Assembly: GCA_048938445.1 (NCBI GenBank)
Contig: JBHLME010000001.1
Location: forward strand, 27,951-91,950
DNA length: 64,000 nt
From: Promethearchaeota archaeon
GTDB lineage: Archaea; Asgardarchaeota; Lokiarchaeia; Sigyniarchaeales; SOKP01
Direction: 5' to 3'
Shown here: one piece after another, positions 60,241 through 64,000 of the stretch
Layout: the number at the start of each line of letters is the position of its first letter
Position numbering within the stretch: position 1 is the first letter of the stretch
The notes under the pieces: generated by a model
The model's database searches: none
Told to the model about the DNA's origin: nothing
The model's input: the letters and a program-made list of their open reading frames with translations, nothing else
Translations under genes and position numbers: made by a program

Positions 60241-61398
60241 CATAATATTAATTGCCGAGTTAAGATCCCGGTCAATATGATTTCCACAGTCGCAATTTAT
60301 AATCCTTTCAAAGAGGGGTCTTTTTTCAAGCTTTCCACATTTACAGCAAGCGCGAGTGGTTTTTGACTCGTCAATTCTTATCACTCTCTTACCTATTTTT
60401 TCAGCCTTATAGGTCAAGAATTCGACAAATCGCGCCATATAGCCCGTGTTATGTACTGAATGGTTGAGTGTCTTGTGTGCTTTTGTTTTTAGTGAATTTC
60501 CCGTTCCCTTTTTCTTTTGAGCCATCTGTTTTACTTTTAAGTCTCCTATAATTATCGTATTTGCCTTAGTATTGCGTACAATCTGCCTTGAAAGCCAATG
60601 CTGGAAATCTTTTAGTTGATGAGCCTGTTTGGTGATCATATTCTTTAGTTTTGTATCATACCATTGCCATCTATTGCTATATTTCTTACAATGGTCGCGT
60701 TTCGACTGGACTTCTTCTATCTTCTTTTTCCAATACATGTCAGCTCGTCTATTGGTGAACTGTATTGATTTTCTTGATAAGTTTATTCCCACGATTTGAT
60801 TGATTCCCAAATCAAAAGCTTGATATAAACCATTGTCTCGATATTCTGGCACCTCAATCTCATAAGTAATAGAAATAAACCATTTATTTCTTGAGAGAAA
60901 CAGTTCTGTCTGCTTGATGGTTTCTTTTGGAATGAGATAGGATGGAAGTTTAAATTCAAGCACTATATTGGAGGGATGTCTATGTGAAAAAACAATTGAA
61001 CTTTTATTTACCCTGAAGCCAGACTGGTTATAACAAAGTGTTGTAAAATACTTTTTTCCTCGAAATCTTGGTGGTCTTGCCTTTTTATCTCCTCTTTTCC
61101 AGAGGTTAAAAAAGGATTTATAGTTCGCATCGAGTTTTTTAAGAGTATTTTGGAGGACTTTCGAATATACCCACCGATATTCGGGATACTGCGTTTTCAA
61201 TGTGGGTAAATTGCTTGATTGATCCACATATCTCAAATAATTTCGCTCTTTTTTTGGTTTAACTTTCTCTTGGTGCCAATTTTTTAACCGTTCCGCCAAT
61301 GCAAAGTTATAAAGGAGTCGACATTTTTCTGATAAATCCCAAAGAACCTGTTTTTGCTCCTTATCAGGAGCGATCCTAATTTTTTGGGTGAGATACAT
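60100..61398 (-). CDS. tnpB: RNA-guided endonuclease TnpB with rearranged RuvC-II
   Basis: HTH 'CRLLYNFAL', RuvC-I AFDLG (D196), 'IIIGDL', 'IDESKTT', Zn finger CCKC..CDC, RuvC-III DRDLNSAINI (D378). Confidence 0.95.
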   Translation of the reverse strand: MYLTQKIRIAPDKEQKQVLWDLSEKCRLLYNFALAERLKNWHQEKVKPKKERNYLRYVDQSSNLPTLKTQYPEYRWVYSKVLQNTLKKLDANYKSFFNLWKRGDKKARPPRFRGKKYFTTLCYNQSGFRVNKSSIVFSHRHPSNIVLEFKLPSYLIPKETIKQTELFLSRNKWFISITYEIEVPEYRDNGLYQAFDLGINQIVGINLSRKSIQFTNRRADMYWKKKIEEVQSKRDHCKKYSNRWQWYDTKLKNMITKQAHQLKDFQHWLSRQIVRNTKANTIIIGDLKVKQMAQKKKGTGNSLKTKAHKTLNHSVHNTGYMARFVEFLTYKAEKIGKRVIRIDESKTTRACCKCGKLEKRPLFERIINCDCGNHIDRDLNSAINIMVRFLKTKQFFDFLSHKPSVNEESFLTQWNGFLRHTDRSVLEAIVHS

Positions 61399-61573
61399 TA
61401 TTCCATTAATAAGGTTAGATTGGTCTAAAGCAATGAGTGTCTAAAGGATTAATGATTTCTTCTTGTATTCAATTTAGCTTTTTCCTAAAATGATATATAT
61501 TCTTGAAAATATATTGATTAACTATCTCAAACCTACTTTAACTACTTCTTATATTTTAAAATACAGTATTAAC

Positions 61574-61620
61574 AAAAAAAAAAATAAAAATAAATAAAAC
61601 TCGATATTTAACCGAGTTTT
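61574..61620 (-). terminator. Hairpin plus U-tract terminator of the vhu-hdr operon
   Basis: AAAACTCG/CGAGTTTT stem (61596-61620) over the hdrB stop, followed by T-rich runs on the minus strand. Confidence 0.6.
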
Positions 61621-62477
61621 GCTAATATATCATTTAATCGAACCCTATGGAATTTAAGGCCAATATCATCGCCACTAATTCCCATAGCTAGTGCTAATAA
61701 TTCAGTTAAGTATAAAACAGGGATATTATATTCAGTTTCATACTTTTTAGAAAGATCTCGTTGTTGAGTATCGAATTGTTGGAAGCAAGCAGGGCAATTC
61801 GCCACGATCACGTCAGCACCAGCTTTTTTTATGCTATCCATTTTTTTCTTCAATACTTCAGCACCATGCTCTGGGTAGGCATTAGTTACAGCTGAACCGC
61901 AGCATAAGGCGAGTTCATCATAATCTACTACGGTAGCACCAGTAGCAGCAACAATTTCAGCCAAATTCTTGGGCCGCATAGGATCATCAGATTCCATCCA
62001 TTCAACAGGTCTCATGTAATGACAACCTGGATGACAAGCAACTTTTAAACCACTTAATTGTTTAGTTATTGCTCCCTTTACACCATCAAGATTGTTTTTT
62101 ATTACATCTACGAAGTGTTTTACATCAATTGAACCTTTAAATTCCTTACCAATTTTCGCTAATTCAGCATTAACTTTGGCTTTTTTATTAGAATCATGCT
62201 TTAATTGAGTACATACACCACGTAATGTATTTGCACATCCATTACATAAAGAGATAATATCTTTTCCTTCAGCTTCTGCTAAGCAGATATTTCTTGCTCC
62301 AATTGTTAACCATGCATCATTATCAAAACTTTTCATTCCTGTTGGATCAGGACAACATGAAAATGGAGCTTGAGATGTTTGGACTCCAATTTTATCTAGA
62401 ACCTTTCGAGAAGCAGCTTCAATGAAAGGAATTCTATTTCCAATCGTACAACCTTCAAACATTTTAAATTCTGTCAT
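61608..62477 (-). CDS. hdrB: Heterodisulfide reductase subunit B
   Basis: CCG domains: 'GC', 'SCCP', 'CNGC', 'HPGCH', 'CCG', 'CPACFQQFD', 'PVLYLTELLALAMG'. Confidence 0.96.
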   Translation of the reverse strand: MTEFKMFEGCTIGNRIPFIEAASRKVLDKIGVQTSQAPFSCCPDPTGMKSFDNDAWLTIGARNICLAEAEGKDIISLCNGCANTLRGVCTQLKHDSNKKAKVNAELAKIGKEFKGSIDVKHFVDVIKNNLDGVKGAITKQLSGLKVACHPGCHYMRPVEWMESDDPMRPKNLAEIVAATGATVVDYDELALCCGSAVTNAYPEHGAEVLKKKMDSIKKAGADVIVANCPACFQQFDTQQRDLSKKYETEYNIPVLYLTELLALAMGISGDDIGLKFHRVRLNDILAKLG

Positions 62478-62493
62478 TTTTTTTTACCTCGCA

Positions 62494-63000
62494 TTATTTT
62501 AATTTCTTATCCGCTCCAATATTTTTCATTAATGTTTGTAATTCATTTATATCTGGAGCCGCAACAGCTGGTAATCCTAGCTGTTCTCGTCGCTTTTCAA
62601 TCGCAGGTTGTGATGGAATTGCTTTCGAATTCTCATAAATCGCTTTTGCTTGTGAATAGATAAAATCAGGAGCATCTCCTTTAGCAGTGCTTACATTCTT
62701 TAAAAATGAAAAGATCTCTGTCAATTCAATATGCTGAGGACAGACCTCATCACAAGTATCACATACAGTACAACCCCATATGGCAAGCTTTTCAGCACTT
62801 AAGAGTAAGTCTTTATATCCTAATAAAGAACCTAAAATTATATGCCTTGGGTTATAACCAGTCGTACCATAAAAATCAATAGTAACAGCAGCTACTGGAC
62901 AATTATCAGTACACCTGTTACATTGATAACAATACTTGATAGCTTCAGATCCTATGTGATAATCCATAATTTGTTTTCTAAATTCAAAATCTAATGACAT
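62494..63000 (-). CDS. hdrC: Heterodisulfide reductase subunit C
   Basis: CYQCNRCTDNCP and CTVCDTCDEVCP; directly upstream of hdrB; ATG at 63000 (track uses 63009). Confidence 0.94.
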   Translation of the reverse strand: MSLDFEFRKQIMDYHIGSEAIKYCYQCNRCTDNCPVAAVTIDFYGTTGYNPRHIILGSLLGYKDLLLSAEKLAIWGCTVCDTCDEVCPQHIELTEIFSFLKNVSTAKGDAPDFIYSQAKAIYENSKAIPSQPAIEKRREQLGLPAVAAPDINELQTLMKNIGADKKLK

Positions 63001-63047
63001 TTTTTTCACTTTTTTTGAGTTTTTTCCTTTATTTTTTCAATCATTAT

Positions 63048-63122
63048 TGTTGGTTTGAACCCTTGCAAGGGCAGTCATATCCAATCTATAATTTCTATTG
63101 GATATTTCATCCTAAACCAACA
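63048..63122 (-). promoter_or_regulatory. Eukaryote-like SECIS element of vhuU
   Basis: Minus strand AUGA-A-AUAUCCAAU-[AGAAAUUAUAG]-AUUGGAUAU-GA; outer helix UGUUGGUUU/AAACCAACA; side hairpin CCCUUGCAAGGG. Confidence 0.8.
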
Positions 63123-63256
63123 TTCAACTTGCGAGAGTAAATCTCTTCACCCTTCTCATCAACTACGGTGATGTGAGCGGCGCATGATAGTCAGCAGTCA
63201 AAACAACGGACTATCATTTCCAAGACATTTACTACTCCTTCGGGTACATCACTCAT
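63107..63256 (-). CDS. vhuU: Selenoprotein VhuU, small C-terminal subunit of a split [NiFeSe]-hydrogenase (Sec at residue 22), absent from the ORF track
   Basis: MSDVPEGVVNVLEMIVRCFDC-U(TGA 63191-63193)-LSCAAH-ITVVDEKGEEIYSRKLNVGLG*; supplies the L2 motif missing from the upstream large subunit. Confidence 0.93.
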
Positions 63257-63295
63257 TTTTTTAATTCACTTCTATATATTTAATTTTGATTTAGT

Positions 63296-64000
63296 TTATT
63301 TTATCCATGGATCTGGTAATTTCAGTCCATCCAACGCCTTGTCTTCAAAAACTTGTTTGGCAACGTGCATCAAGGATTTCTCGATGCCAGCAATGTTGTG
63401 ATTCGTCGCAACCAAGAGGTTTGCCTTCTCGCAAATTCCTTGCGCATCAGACCAAATATTATACAACAATATTCCTCGTGGTGCTTCTGTCATGCCAACA
63501 CCATTCCCAGCCCTTGGTTCGACATCCAAAGTCTTGCAATCAGGGTTTACGATGTCAGGATCCTTGAGCAATGTCGCGATCATTTCGATTGCTTCCACGG
63601 TCTCGATGATGCGAGCCCAGTGATAGGCAAACGTGTGATGCGGATTGTCTCCAATCTTAGCACGCATGTCCTTGAGGGCCTGATCGGCCAATGGTGTTGC
63701 CATCTTGTCAGCAGCATTGACCATTGCCAAACAGTTCGCACGATAAATTCCATCAGGGTAGCCCGCAGGCTTGTAGTACATGTGCGTGGCATAAGAATGC
63801 TCAGGAATGTGTTCACCTAACGCTTCCAAGTAGTTATGATAATCATAATCGATCTTCTTTCCATCGGGAGTCACGATCCTGATATCACCGTCGTAAATAT
63901 CGTGAACACCATTCTTGGTCATGCCAAAATAATACGTTGGAACGACGCCGACATTCGCGATGACATCAAAATAATCATCAACCACTTTTAAGGCAATTTC
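63296..64000 (-). CDS. vhuA: Group 3c [NiFe(Se)]-hydrogenase large subunit, 5'-truncated by the window edge and lacking the L2 motif
   Basis: 'YHWARIIE', 'GVGMTEAPRG.L', 'ANLLVAT.HN'; frame open to 64000; ends ...LPDPWIK without DPCxxCxxH. Confidence 0.92.
   Translation of the reverse strand, partial: EIALKVVDDYFDVIANVGVVPTYYFGMTKNGVHDIYDGDIRIVTPDGKKIDYDYHNYLEALGEHIPEHSYATHMYYKPAGYPDGIYRANCLAMVNAADKMATPLADQALKDMRAKIGDNPHHTFAYHWARIIETVEAIEMIATLLKDPDIVNPDCKTLDVEPRAGNGVGMTEAPRGILLYNIWSDAQGICEKANLLVATNHNIAGIEKSLMHVAKQVFEDKALDGLKLPDPWIK

Larger units (their letters stand above)
60067..61450 (-). mobile_element. tnpB-only IS200/IS605-family (IS1341-like) element; left end not resolved
   Basis: Right end: hairpin ACGGCTT-AA-AAGCCGT (60078-60093) followed by TTCAC on the minus strand; no tnpA; higher GC than flanks. 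Confidence 0.75.

Noticed and set aside
60100-61398. Catalytically dead TnpB or Cas12f
   Set aside because: Loss of the canonical Glu is offset by the alternative Glu; no CRISPR array nearby; IS right end present
63095-63109. Terminal UGA of vhuU as a second selenocysteine
   Set aside because: Read-through adds only N-I-Q before TAG, the position is not a Cys-type site, and it lies in the tail expected to be cleaved off
186-63820. Antisense and overlapping short ORFs in the track (e.g. 186-581, 828-1043, 12669-13229, 21657-22028, 28880-29230, 43215-43505, 58481-58783, 63353-63820)
   Set aside because: Shadow frames of well-supported genes, with no motifs of their own
63296-64000. Hydrogenase large subunit as a truncated pseudogene
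   Set aside because: The missing C-terminal motif is encoded by the adjacent vhuU, matching the known split architecture

Overview
AT-rich (roughly 28-30% GC by eye), gene-dense archaeal chromosome segment. The gene content points to an Asgard archaeon, most likely Lokiarchaeia; this is an inference from the roadblock/longin/DENN-like proteins, two Rag/Arf-like GTPase fusions, a TFB paralogue, L13e and a eukaryote-like SECIS. Main contents: (i) threonine pathway genes (ACT regulator, hom, thrC); (ii) a cluster of eukaryotic-signature signalling proteins, including one that fuses a folliculin/SMCR8-like longin domain carrying the DxxARG arginine-finger motif to a small GTPase and a roadblock domain; (iii) an acetate/acetyl-CoA region with acs divergent from a CoA-transferase-GNAT fusion and an AcuC deacetylase, plus ADP-forming ACD, a DRTGG protein and an OFA transporter; (iv) a tnpB-only IS200/IS605 element with a rearranged, Fanzor-type RuvC site; (v) the 3' part of a split [NiFeSe]-hydrogenase/heterodisulfide reductase operon (vhuA-vhuU-hdrC-hdrB). 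Its 49-aa selenoprotein VhuU, missed by the ORF track, has an in-frame UGA and a SECIS-like structure whose AUGA core is the gene's own stop codon. Several unannotated small ORFs, a structured 1-kb intergenic region and shared upstream motifs of three orphan small genes were also found. No rRNA, tRNA or CRISPR array was seen. All family calls are from motif recognition by eye, not database searches.
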